The translations under genes and the position numbers were made by a program. From the NCBI GenBank assembly GCA_963666215.2, contig CAXWPL010000003.1, forward strand, positions 224,001-288,000: a stretch of DNA of 64,000 bases, read 5' to 3'. The notes beneath the pieces were generated by a model that saw only the letters and a program-made list of their open reading frames with translations, was not told where the DNA came from and searched no databases. This document shows positions 1 through 8,899 of the stretch, in pieces. The DNA is from Acidobacteriota bacterium. GTDB taxonomy: Bacteria > Acidobacteriota > UBA890 > WLXD01. Within the stretch, counting starts at the first letter, position 1, and every line of letters begins with the position of its first letter.

Positions 1-85
1 TCTCGGTGGAGCCCACGATGCGCTCGATGGCCGCTAGTAACTCGTCCGCGAGCCCACCATGCGTGACGATCACGGCGCCTATCAT
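1..85 (-). CDS. PTS EIIA component, mannose/fructose family (5' part only; runs off the window)
   Basis: Manual translation from ATG 85 gives MIGAVIVTHGGLADELLAAIERIVGSTE, with the EIIA-Man vTHG phospho-His motif; lies downstream of hprK. Confidence 0.85.
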   Translation of the reverse strand, partial: MIGAVIVTHGGLADELLAAIERIVGSTE

Positions 86-181
86 GCGTTGAGCTTGTTC
101 ATGAACACTGCGAGTGCTTGGTACAAATTCGCGCCACGAGTGACGTTGGGGCCATGGTGCGGAGACGGATTGATACTACTC

Positions 182-1186
182 CTACTCGAGATCTCCTTCG
201 TCGAGGTCGTAGTCCCCTTCCATGAAACGCGGATCGTCCTTCGCTTCGGCGAGTCGTCGAGTGAGGTCTTCGGCGGCGCTGAAGCCCTTGAGCCGTAACA
301 ACAGGTTGCGCGCCGTCACCTCCACCAGGTCAGAGAGGCTGCGTCCCGACGCCACCGGCAGGCGCACACGCGGCAGCTCCATGCCGAGAATCTCGTGCGT
401 CTCCACGTCGAGCCCGAGCCGATCGTAGTCGTGATCGGTACGCCAATGCTCAAACTCGATTACCAGTTCGACGCGTTTGCGGTGGCGCGTGGCCGCGACG
501 CCGAAAAGGTGCGCGATATTGATGATTCCGAGCCCACGCACCTCCATGTGGTGTCGTATCACCTCGGGGCCGCGACCGACGAGGATCTTGCCAGCGCGCC
601 GGCGAATCTCCACGACGTCGTCCGAGACCATTCGATGTCCGCGCACCACCAAATCGAGAGCGCACTCGCTCTTGCCGATTCCCGACGGGCCCACCAGCAG
701 CACACCTACCCCGAAGACGTCCATCAAGACGCCGTGGACGATGGTGCGAGGTGCCAGGTGCGCATCGAGAAAAACGTTGAGCCTGTCGATGAATGTCGAC
801 GACAGCAGCGGACTGCGCAACAGCGGAATGCCGCGCCCGCTGCACAGCTCGGCTAAACCGTCGGGAATCTCGAGGCCCTTGGTGACCGCGATGCACGCGA
901 GAGGGCACGAGCACAACACCGCGAGGCGTTCCACGCGATCGGTTTCGCTCAAGGTTGCGAGATAGCTCAGCTCGGAGGCCCCGAGAACCTGCACACGTCC
1001 TGGCTGCACGAAATCGACGTATCCGGTCATCGCCAAGCCCGGCTTCTGCACGCGGGCGACGGTGATCTGGTTATCGAGCCCGGCCTCGCCGGCCAGCAGC
1101 TTGACCTCCAGATACTGGGCGCCAGATTCGAGAAGGGTGCGTACGGCAACCTTCTGTTCCAGCGCCGATAGCGGCGAACTACTCAC
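182..1186 (-). CDS. hprK: HPr kinase/phosphorylase
   Basis: HGVLMDVFGVGVLLVGPSGIGKSECALDL Walker A, SDDVVEI and MEVRGLGII motifs; start uncertain (ORF open to 1297; GTG at 1186 or 1201 plausible). Confidence 0.95.
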   Translation of the reverse strand: MSSSPLSALEQKVAVRTLLESGAQYLEVKLLAGEAGLDNQITVARVQKPGLAMTGYVDFVQPGRVQVLGASELSYLATLSETDRVERLAVLCSCPLACIAVTKGLEIPDGLAELCSGRGIPLLRSPLLSSTFIDRLNVFLDAHLAPRTIVHGVLMDVFGVGVLLVGPSGIGKSECALDLVVRGHRMVSDDVVEIRRRAGKILVGRGPEVIRHHMEVRGLGIINIAHLFGVAATRHRKRVELVIEFEHWRTDHDYDRLGLDVETHEILGMELPRVRLPVASGRSLSDLVEVTARNLLLRLKGFSAAEDLTRRLAEAKDDPRFMEGDYDLDEGDLE

Positions 1187-1296
1187 TGGCGAGACCCACA
1201 CGGCATGGTGTGCAACGCTCGGTCTAGGAACGCCCGGGCCCGGTATCGTCTGAGGCCGCTGCGACCTCCCCAGGCGGCTCCATCTTCGTGCGGTCA

Positions 1297-1671
1297 TCAG
1301 CCATCGTCTGTATCCGCCGTCGACGACCCCGCGATGGCGTCGGTCACCTCGCCCGCGCCAGCGGCACCGCGACCCCGATCAACCAATTTGTCGTGGGCGC
1401 GTCGTGCCTGGGTCTCAACGCGGTCCAGAACTCGACGCAGCGCGTCTGCCAGATCACGCGAGTCATCGCGTGCTGCGAACACCCCGAGACGATTGCGCAG
1501 CACCACCTCGACCTCGCGCAGCGCGCTGCCCGCCGCGCCTTCGTGGGTCACCACAACGCGTGCCCCCGAGTCGCCGTGCGAGTAGCGATCCAGCTTGCCC
1601 AGGTGGCGCTCGGCTCGTTCACGCAGATGGTTAGGGGTTTTCGTTCCTCGCTCGATCCACTCGACGTTCAT
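1297..1671 (-). CDS. hpf: Ribosome hibernation promoting factor / RaiA family (sigma54 modulation protein), short form
   Basis: Position between rpoN and hprK; pattern LRERAERHLGKLDRY...DLADALRRVLDRVETQARRAHDKL; ATG 1671 preceded by GAGG. Confidence 0.8.
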   Translation of the reverse strand: MNVEWIERGTKTPNHLRERAERHLGKLDRYSHGDSGARVVVTHEGAAGSALREVEVVLRNRLGVFAARDDSRDLADALRRVLDRVETQARRAHDKLVDRGRGAAGAGEVTDAIAGSSTADTDDG

Positions 1672-1742
1672 ACCGGCCTCGCTGCTTGGCGACGATCGAT
1701 TTTCCGCGACAGGGCGAGAGATCGCCCCGCTCAGCCTCAAAC

Positions 1743-3167
1743 TCAGAGAATCGCTCGCCGCGCTTTGGAAGCTGGGATGGACAACTCTTCGCGATACTTG
1801 GCAACAGTCCTGCGCGCGATACTCAGCCCGTCGATCTTCAGTCGAGCGGCTACCGCGGCGTCGGACAGCGGCTTGTGTGCGTTTTCTCCTCCGATGAGCT
1901 TGCGGATCCTCTCCTTCACCGACCGCGACGACACGTCATTGCCGCTGGAATGGCCCAATCCGCTGTGAAAGAAGTACTTCATCTCGTAGATGCCCTGCGC
2001 GGTGTGCATGTACTTCCCGTTTACCACACGCGACACCGTCGACTCGTGCATCTCGATGTCGTCCGCCACGTCGCGGAGCACCATCGGTCGCAGCGCTCCA
2101 ACTCCGTTCGCAAGGAAGTCCTGCTGATGCGCAACGATGCTCTCGGCCACCTTGCGAATGGTGCGCTGTCGCTGGCCGTACGACTTGATCAGCCACAGAG
2201 CCGAGCGCAGCTTCTCCTGTAGGTAGGCTGATGTCTCCTTGGGCAGGCTGTCGCCGGCGCTCAGCATCTCGTGATAGAGCCGCGACACGCGGAGCTTGGG
2301 CAACCCGTCGTCGTTCACCACGATGCGATAGACGTCGCCGTCCCGGCGGACATACACGTCGGGGATGATGTAGCGCGGTATTTCGTCAGAGTAGGCCTGG
2401 CCGGGGCGCGGATTGAGCGTCTTGATGAGCTCCACGGCTGCCGCCACCGATTCGATATCGGCGTCGAGCTGACGCGCCATCTCGCGAAACCGGTGCGCCG
2501 TCAAGTGGGCGAAGCCGTCGCGCACGACGGCGGTCGCCAGATCGTGCTCGAGGTCCAAGCGTTGCAGCTGCAAAAGGAGACAGTCCTGGAGATCGACGGC
2601 TCCAACACCCGGTGGATCGAGCTCCCGGACCAACTCCATGGCTCCCTCGACCTCGTCAATGTCCCAGTCGTCCATCGCAGCCAACTCCGCTGCGCCGATA
2701 CGCAGGTAGCCGTTCGGGTCGAGGTTCCCGACGATCGCCTGGCAAATCTCGAGGCGCAGAGCACTGACCTCGGTCATCTCGATCTGCCAAAGCAGGTGGT
2801 CCGAGAGCGAAGGCGTTGCCGTTAGTGTGTTCTCGAAAGGTGGTGCCTCGAACTGCTCGCGCATGTTCGGCGAGGTCGGCTGATAGTCGAAGTACTGCTC
2901 GAAGAACGAATCAACATCGAGATTGTCGACGACGGCCTCGTCCGCATCGGTCTGCGGCTCGGCTTCCGACTCGGCATTGGCGTCCCCCTCGAGATCGGAG
3001 GGCGACTCATTGCGATCCTCGAGAACCGGGTTCTCCACCATCTCCTGCTGCAGCGTCTGCTCGAGCTCGAGCCTGTTCAGCTGCAGAAGGCGAATCGCCA
3101 TCTGCAACGCTGGCGTCATCACCAAGCGCTGCTGCAGTCGAGGAGTCAGTCTTAATTGGAGTGCCAT
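1743..3167 (-). CDS. rpoN: RNA polymerase sigma-54 factor
   Basis: N-terminal LQQRLVMTPALQMAIRLLQL, HESTVSR HTH and RpoN box ARRTVAKYRE. Confidence 0.99.
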   Translation of the reverse strand: MALQLRLTPRLQQRLVMTPALQMAIRLLQLNRLELEQTLQQEMVENPVLEDRNESPSDLEGDANAESEAEPQTDADEAVVDNLDVDSFFEQYFDYQPTSPNMREQFEAPPFENTLTATPSLSDHLLWQIEMTEVSALRLEICQAIVGNLDPNGYLRIGAAELAAMDDWDIDEVEGAMELVRELDPPGVGAVDLQDCLLLQLQRLDLEHDLATAVVRDGFAHLTAHRFREMARQLDADIESVAAAVELIKTLNPRPGQAYSDEIPRYIIPDVYVRRDGDVYRIVVNDDGLPKLRVSRLYHEMLSAGDSLPKETSAYLQEKLRSALWLIKSYGQRQRTIRKVAESIVAHQQDFLANGVGALRPMVLRDVADDIEMHESTVSRVVNGKYMHTAQGIYEMKYFFHSGLGHSSGNDVSSRSVKERIRKLIGGENAHKPLSDAAVAARLKIDGLSIARRTVAKYREELSIPASKARRAIL

Positions 3168-3175
3168 GGTCGAAC

Positions 3176-3997
3176 TCAGTTGAGGCTAAACGATTCGCCG
3201 AGGTAGATCTTTCGCACCTGCGGGTCACGCTCGAGTTCCTGCGGCCGGCCCGAACGGAAGATCTTGCCAGCGGTGATGATGTACGCGCGATCGGTGATCC
3301 TCAGGGTCTCGCGAACGTTGTGATCGGTCACGAGAACACCGATGCCGCGCCCGCGCAACTCGCCTACCAGGCCCTGAATGTCGGCGATTGCAATCGGGTC
3401 GATGCCGGTAAACGGCTCGTCAAGCAGAACGAATGAGGGGTTGGTGGTCAACGCCCGAGCGATCTCGACTCGACGGCGCTCGCCGCCGGAGAGCGTGTAG
3501 CCGCGCTGTCGCGCGACGTGGCCGAGTCCTAGATCGTCAAGGAGCTCCTCGCAGCGCCGCAACCGTTCGTCGCGCGATATCGGCAACCCCTCGAGAATCG
3601 CCAAGAGGTTCTCCTCTACCGTGAGCCGTCGGAATATCGACGGCTCCTGAGGCAGGTAGGAAATGCCGAACCGCCGTGCGCGTACGAACATCGGCTCGCG
3701 GGTGAGGTCGGCGCCGCCGAGCGAGATGCGCCCCTCGTCCGGCCGGGTGAGTCCCACCACCATGTAGAAGGTGGTCGTCTTGCCAGCACCGTTCGGTCCC
3801 AGCAACCCGACGACCTCTCCCTCTGCGATCTGCAAGCTCACGCCGTCGACTACGCGCCGGCCACGGTAGGCCTTTACCACGCCGGAAACCTCCAGGGTGA
3901 GCGCCCGACGGCCGTCCTGGCGCACGCGCCCCAGTTCCTGATCGCCCATGCGCTCTGCTGCTGGCGGCGTCATCGTTATCTGGCCCCGTTCCTGCAT
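3176..3997 (-). CDS. lptB: LPS export ABC transporter ATP-binding protein
   Basis: [35 protein letters not shown] and TDHNVRETL; immediately upstream of rpoN; start may be slightly downstream. Confidence 0.96.
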   Translation of the reverse strand: MQERGQITMTPPAAERMGDQELGRVRQDGRRALTLEVSGVVKAYRGRRVVDGVSLQIAEGEVVGLLGPNGAGKTTTFYMVVGLTRPDEGRISLGGADLTREPMFVRARRFGISYLPQEPSIFRRLTVEENLLAILEGLPISRDERLRRCEELLDDLGLGHVARQRGYTLSGGERRRVEIARALTTNPSFVLLDEPFTGIDPIAIADIQGLVGELRGRGIGVLVTDHNVRETLRITDRAYIITAGKIFRSGRPQELERDPQVRKIYLGESFSLN

Positions 3998-4005
3998 GTG
4001 CGGCT

Positions 4006-4035
4006 ATCGTAGCGATCCGCCAACATCGCCGTCAA
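4006..4035 (-). promoter_or_regulatory. Candidate sigma70 promoter for lptB-rpoN-hpf-hprK
   Basis: Minus strand TTGACG-N18-TACGAT, ending 8 nt before ATG 3997. Confidence 0.5.
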
Positions 4036-4350
4036 ACACTTCTTGCACCAGGACACCCGACGTTTCTCCTTCTTTGTCAATCACTTACGGCGCCCTGAGA
4101 TACCGTCGGCGAGATTGATTCGACGGTATTCATGATTCTGAGACAGAGCGCACAATCAGCCATCGGAGTTGTCGCGAACTGACAGATCGAGGAAGAACCA
4201 AGCGTCGGACAGCACGATAGTGCAGCAGCGGTCGGCTGGCGCCAAGACGACTTTTTAGTGCTTTTTACTAGCCATCGATAACCAATAGAATGCTTCACAT
4301 CTCATCTAGTTCCGGCGAGGGGCCCTCACTGGGGCCCGTGGACAGGTGCT

Positions 4351-4806
4351 ATGAAGCTCGGACAGATTCTGGTTCGGAAGCATGTCATCGACCGTGCTCA
4401 GCTGCGCGCCGCATTGAGGCGGCAGCGCGAGCTGCAGATGCCGCTGGCGGAGATTCTGCTAGACATGGGGATCGTCTCCAAGGCAGAGCTGATGGCGGCG
4501 TTGAGGACCCCGCCGAACGCGTCGGTCGATTCCCTCACGCTCGATCGAATCAGCCCGGCGACCCTCAGCATGCTTCCCCGCGAGGTCGCCGAGGAGTTGC
4601 GCTGCATCCCGGTGCTGGCGAACCCGGAAGCCATGATCGTGGCCATGGTCGACCCTTTCGATCGAGAGGCGATTCGCAAGATCGAAGAGCTCACTGGCCG
4701 ACAAGTAATCCCCGCGATCGTCCGAGAGACAGAGCTGCAACGGGCATTCGAGCGCAAGCTGGGTTCACACATCGATCACGCGGGCCCCATCACCGACGTC
4801 GCCTGA
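4351..4806 (+). CDS. Stand-alone MshEN / T2SSE_N domain protein (putative c-di-GMP receptor)
   Basis: Tandem KLGQILVRKHVIDRAQLRAALRRQ-x5-PLAEILLDMGIVSKAELMAAL, then LPREVAEELRCIPV...IVAMVDPFD typical of GspE/PilB N-termini; no ATPase domain. Confidence 0.85.
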   Translation: MKLGQILVRKHVIDRAQLRAALRRQRELQMPLAEILLDMGIVSKAELMAALRTPPNASVDSLTLDRISPATLSMLPREVAEELRCIPVLANPEAMIVAMVDPFDREAIRKIEELTGRQVIPAIVRETELQRAFERKLGSHIDHAGPITDVA

Positions 4807-4828
4807 TCTGGCTGCGAGAACTATAGCC

Positions 4829-7336
4829 ATGGCCGCAGAGAAACAACCCATCGAGCTACTGCGCCGACGCGACGCGGCAACGCTTTCGTTCCTCAGGCGA
4901 CTCACTTTCGCGATCAAGGCGTTACAGATGTACCCGCTGGGCTCCGAGGTCGCGAGAAACGGCCTCGAGAAGTGCCGCGAGGCGCTCGCGGACGCGCTGA
5001 GCACCGGCCCACTCGAGCTGCTGATTTTGCCCAAGGCCGTGCGTTGGAGAGGACTGAACGACGACACCCTCGCCAATCAGTTCGAACAACTCGGTAGCCA
5101 TCTGCACGCTCGCGGAGTCGCAAGGCTGCGGCTGTTGCCAGAAGCCGAGGAATCGGCGCTCGCCACGCTGACACGCCTACTGGCGACACGCGCAGACGAG
5201 ACTGCGCTGCGCGATGCGGTCGAGAAGCTTCCCACGGGCGCACTCGATGGTTTCGAAGTTCATTTCATCGAGCTCGGCAACGTCTTCGACAACGATTCCG
5301 GCGGCCCCTGCGCTGCCGACCGTTTGTGGGAGAACATCGTCACCGGATTCTCAGGTGCCGCCGGTGGCCCACCCGGCTCCGCGCCGGCCTGGATGGCCGG
5401 GCTCGGCAACGAGCTCGAGATTGATGCCGCGCAGACCACCGGTACAACGTCGACCGACGGCGGCGATGGCAACGGACCCGGCGGTTACCCGGGTACGGGT
5501 GTCCCGGGCGGAGGCGACGCGCGCCCCGGCAATCGCTGGCAGCAGATCGCTGGCGATCCCGAGTCGATGCGAACGTTCTTTGAATGGATCACCGATCGCG
5601 ACGCCTTGAAGGGGTCGGTTGCGGGCTACTCGCGTGCCGACCTCGTTAGCCTGAGCCTCGAGAAGCTCGGCGGCGCCGCGGTGTCCAACGGACCGCAGAC
5701 GTTCAACGAACTCTCGAACATGGCGCGCGACATGTTCGAAAGACTCGATCCCGAGGCATGGATCGAGATTCTCGCCGACCCACTGGCCGTTGAGATCGAC
5801 CCCGAGCAAGCCTCCACGGCGCTCAGCACTGAGGAAGGCGAGATGTCGGCGGAGATGGCAAATGCCTCCACGAAACTGCTAGGTGCGATCCATGCGTCGA
5901 CGATCGATGTGTCGCAGAGCGCTGCGAGCTCGTTGAGCGACGCGCAGGTCAAAGAGCTCATCCTGTACAGCCTGCGCAACCGCGAGCGGGCGACGCCTAG
6001 GCTCTACAGGCTCTTCAATCGCCTGCTCAGCTCACGCCCCACACGAGGCGAGATCAGCCGGGAGGTGATGGACACGTTCCTCGGCGGATCCGAAGCCACC
6101 AACGTGGAGGGCCTGCTCGAGAGCTGGCCCATGATCTCGGACGCGCTACTGGGCGAGGACGTCTCTCCCTACATCACACGCAACTACAGCAGCACGCTCG
6201 ATCAAGCCGTCCGCTCCGGCGCGCCCAGAGCCTACTGGGACCTGGACAAGACTACGCCTCGGCTGCGCGAGCTCGAGTCCCAATTCCTGTGGCGTCGACG
6301 CATCCTCGTGACCCGCGGTCTGTTCGAGCGAGAAACTGAGGACAGCGGCTACGCGCTGCTGATCGGTTCTCTGGTCGAGGAATTCGGCAGTCTGATCGAA
6401 CACGCCGAGTTCGCTCTCCTGGAAGATGTTCTCAGCACCATCGTGTGCCACGCCGAGCGGGACTCGCGACCCAAGGCCCAGCAGCAACTGGCAGCGGACG
6501 CGCTGCAACGCCTACGCGAGCGCGAGGCTCTGCAAGCTCTGGTCGAGGCATTGTCCACCGGTCCGGACGAGTGCTTCCACCTACTGTGGCGCATCTTCGA
6601 GCACCTTGGCGAATGCGTCATGCCGGTGCTCATCGAATCGCTTGGTCACAATCCGTCTTCTACCGCCCGCCAGCGCCTTCGCCGAATTGTGACCCACTCA
6701 CCGCGAAGCTTCTTGGACGAGGTTGGCCGTCATCTTGATGGTGATGATGTCAATTCCACCCGTTCGCTGATTTGGCTTATCGGCGAGGTACGACTCCCTG
6801 AGTGCGCCGAGTTGCTCACCGGCGCCATCAATAACCCCGATCCAGGCTTGCGCTGCGAAGCCTTGAACGCGCTCGCAAAAATCGGTGGCACCAGGGCGGA
6901 ACACGCCCTGGTGCGCGCGGTTTCGGACAGTTCTCTCGAGGTCCACGTGGCGGCCTTGCGCGCGCTTGCCGAGACCTTCGCGATGCGCTCCGCCGCTGAC
7001 CTGCTCAAGCACCTCGAGGCACCCGACTGGCGGGGCCAAAACACCCGAGTGCTTGTTGCCGTGCTCGAAGCGATTGCCAGCATGGGAGATCCCTCGGTGG
7101 CCGCCGCTCTGCGACCGCTGACGCGCGCGCCGTGGCTCTTCCGACGACGCCGGTTGCCCGTGATGGAGGCTGCTCGGCGGGCGCTGGCCGCTTGCCAGGA
7201 ACCCCGACCCAAGACGACTGGATCGACCACGCCGGGGCCCGAGGCCCTACCCCCTGAACCTCCTGACAAACGCTTCCATCTCAGTGTGCGGCGGCACATG
7301 AACGAACCGAACAACAACGAGCGAGCGGCGGCATGA
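4829..7336 (+). CDS. Large HEAT-repeat protein with an uncharacterised N-terminal domain
   Basis: C-terminal HEAT/PBS-lyase-like repeats (DPGLRCEALNALAKIG, SLEVHVAALRALAE, VLEAIASMGDPSVAAAL); Gly-rich linker. Confidence 0.8.
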   Translation: MAAEKQPIELLRRRDAATLSFLRRLTFAIKALQMYPLGSEVARNGLEKCREALADALSTGPLELLILPKAVRWRGLNDDTLANQFEQLGSHLHARGVARLRLLPEAEESALATLTRLLATRADETALRDAVEKLPTGALDGFEVHFIELGNVFDNDSGGPCAADRLWENIVTGFSGAAGGPPGSAPAWMAGLGNELEIDAAQTTGTTSTDGGDGNGPGGYPGTGVPGGGDARPGNRWQQIAGDPESMRTFFEWITDRDALKGSVAGYSRADLVSLSLEKLGGAAVSNGPQTFNELSNMARDMFERLDPEAWIEILADPLAVEIDPEQASTALSTEEGEMSAEMANASTKLLGAIHASTIDVSQSAASSLSDAQVKELILYSLRNRERATPRLYRLFNRLLSSRPTRGEISREVMDTFLGGSEATNVEGLLESWPMISDALLGEDVSPYITRNYSSTLDQAVRSGAPRAYWDLDKTTPRLRELESQFLWRRRILVTRGLFERETEDSGYALLIGSLVEEFGSLIEHAEFALLEDVLSTIVCHAERDSRPKAQQQLAADALQRLREREALQALVEALSTGPDECFHLLWRIFEHLGECVMPVLIESLGHNPSSTARQRLRRIVTHSPRSFLDEVGRHLDGDDVNSTRSLIWLIGEVRLPECAELLTGAINNPDPGLRCEALNALAKIGGTRAEHALVRAVSDSSLEVHVAALRALAETFAMRSAADLLKHLEAPDWRGQNTRVLVAVLEAIASMGDPSVAAALRPLTRAPWLFRRRRLPVMEAARRALAACQEPRPKTTGSTTPGPEALPPEPPDKRFHLSVRRHMNEPNNNERAAA

Positions 7337-8760
7337 GCTCAACCGCAGCCCTGAGCGTGCCCATGCAGAGCCGCGAACAACTGCAGCAGTTCGCCTACTT
7401 CGCGCTGGGCGCCCAGCAGTGCGACTCGCTTTACCCCGCGGAGCACCCGCGCACGCGGCGATCCATCCGCAACCTCTATCTCCATACCGCGGAGATACTG
7501 CGCGAGACGCATGAGATCCGCATCGCGCTTGCCGACGGCGAGCTCATCTACGATCGGCACGCGATGCCGGCCAACAATGACCTGTTGAAGGGCTTCGCCA
7601 AGCTGCTGAGTACGGCCGGAGTCTCACGACTCGTGATTATGCGCGGCGTGCGGCAATGGGAAATCGAGGGATTCATCCGCCACATCAACTCGGATCCGAA
7701 CGAGATCATGCGGGTGGAGGATCTTCAGAGCGCGCTCGCCTGCGACGGCATCGAGCACATCGAAGTCGGCCATCTGGCGTTGGGCGGCACCGAGCGTGGC
7801 GGTAGTGGTTTCGGCGGCGGTGGCGTCGGCACCGGCGACGCGCTTCCGTCGGCTTGGGAGGTCTACTCCGCAGGGCTCGAGGCGTCGCGCTGGATTCGCA
7901 GTGCCGCGCGAGAGGGATTGAGCCGAGATCACGTACACGCGGCGCGCAAGTTCGCCGCTAGCCTGGTCGAGGTCGCCAGCCACCAGACCGCTGCCCTACT
8001 CATGCTCCACTCGCTCAAGGTCCACGATCAGTACTCGTATACGCACTCGGTGAACGTTGCGATGCTCAGCCTGGCGATCGCTCAGGGCCTCGAGTTGCCG
8101 CCCGCAACGCTGCGAGAGATTGCTTTGGCCGCGCTGCTCCACGACATCGGCAAGGAACTGGTTCCTCCCAAAGTGCTCAACAAACCGGGCAAGCTGACCG
8201 AAGAGGAATGGGAAGTCATGCAGCGCCACAGCCCCGACGGGGCCAAGCTACTCCTGGCCGCTCCGGATCTCGGCGACCTGGCGATGGTCGTGGCCTACGA
8301 GCATCAGATCGCCTACGAGGTCGATAACCCCGACCGCGGCAAGTGGCCCCTGCACTTCGTTTCCGAAATCGTCTGTATCGCCGACGTCTACGACGCGCTG
8401 CGCTCGCACCGCCCCTACCGCCGTGCGCTTTCGCCCGAAGATTCGATGCGGATCATGGAGGAGGAAGCCGAACAGAAGTTCGACACGGCGCTGTTCGAAG
8501 GCTTCCGGCGCATGTTCGGATACTGGCCTCCGGGCACGTGTGTCGAGCTGAACAACGGCGCTATCGCGGTCTCGTCACACGCCAATCCGGACGACCCGGC
8601 GAGACCACGTATTCTCGTGGTCCGCGATCCAAAGGGTAACGAGCTGGAGAGACCAGTCCCACTCGAACTGGTCGATCTCGACGATGAGTACGCCGGATTC
8701 CAGATCAAGAAGACGGTGGACGGCGACGAGATCGGCGTCGAGCCGCTGGATTACTTGTAA
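7333..8760 (+). CDS. HD-GYP-family phosphohydrolase with a degenerate GYP loop
   Basis: YTHSVNV, LLHDIGK, LNKPGKLTEEEW and IADVYDALRSHRPYR; ATGA overlap with the upstream gene. Confidence 0.9.
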   Translation: MSSTAALSVPMQSREQLQQFAYFALGAQQCDSLYPAEHPRTRRSIRNLYLHTAEILRETHEIRIALADGELIYDRHAMPANNDLLKGFAKLLSTAGVSRLVIMRGVRQWEIEGFIRHINSDPNEIMRVEDLQSALACDGIEHIEVGHLALGGTERGGSGFGGGGVGTGDALPSAWEVYSAGLEASRWIRSAAREGLSRDHVHAARKFAASLVEVASHQTAALLMLHSLKVHDQYSYTHSVNVAMLSLAIAQGLELPPATLREIALAALLHDIGKELVPPKVLNKPGKLTEEEWEVMQRHSPDGAKLLLAAPDLGDLAMVVAYEHQIAYEVDNPDRGKWPLHFVSEIVCIADVYDALRSHRPYRRALSPEDSMRIMEEEAEQKFDTALFEGFRRMFGYWPPGTCVELNNGAIAVSSHANPDDPARPRILVVRDPKGNELERPVPLELVDLDDEYAGFQIKKTVDGDEIGVEPLDYL

Positions 8761-8899
8761 GAGCTTCGTCCGCGAGCGCGGCCCGCGGGGCGACCCCGCC
8801 GAGCTCGGCCCATGTTTGGCGAGCGCAGCGCAGCGGGGTGCTGGCTGACATCCCGGGCTCAGCGGCCGCTCGCTGCAGGCCCACAGAGCGCGCCACGAG

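Noticed and set aside
4205-4230. Possible sigma54 promoter (AGCACGATAGTGCA) for the MshEN module
   Set aside because: Lacks the invariant GG, and the -24/-12 spacing is one base short
4077-4298. 73-aa ORF in the divergent spacer
   Set aside because: Atypical composition, no clear RBS and no recognisable motif; more likely regulatory DNA
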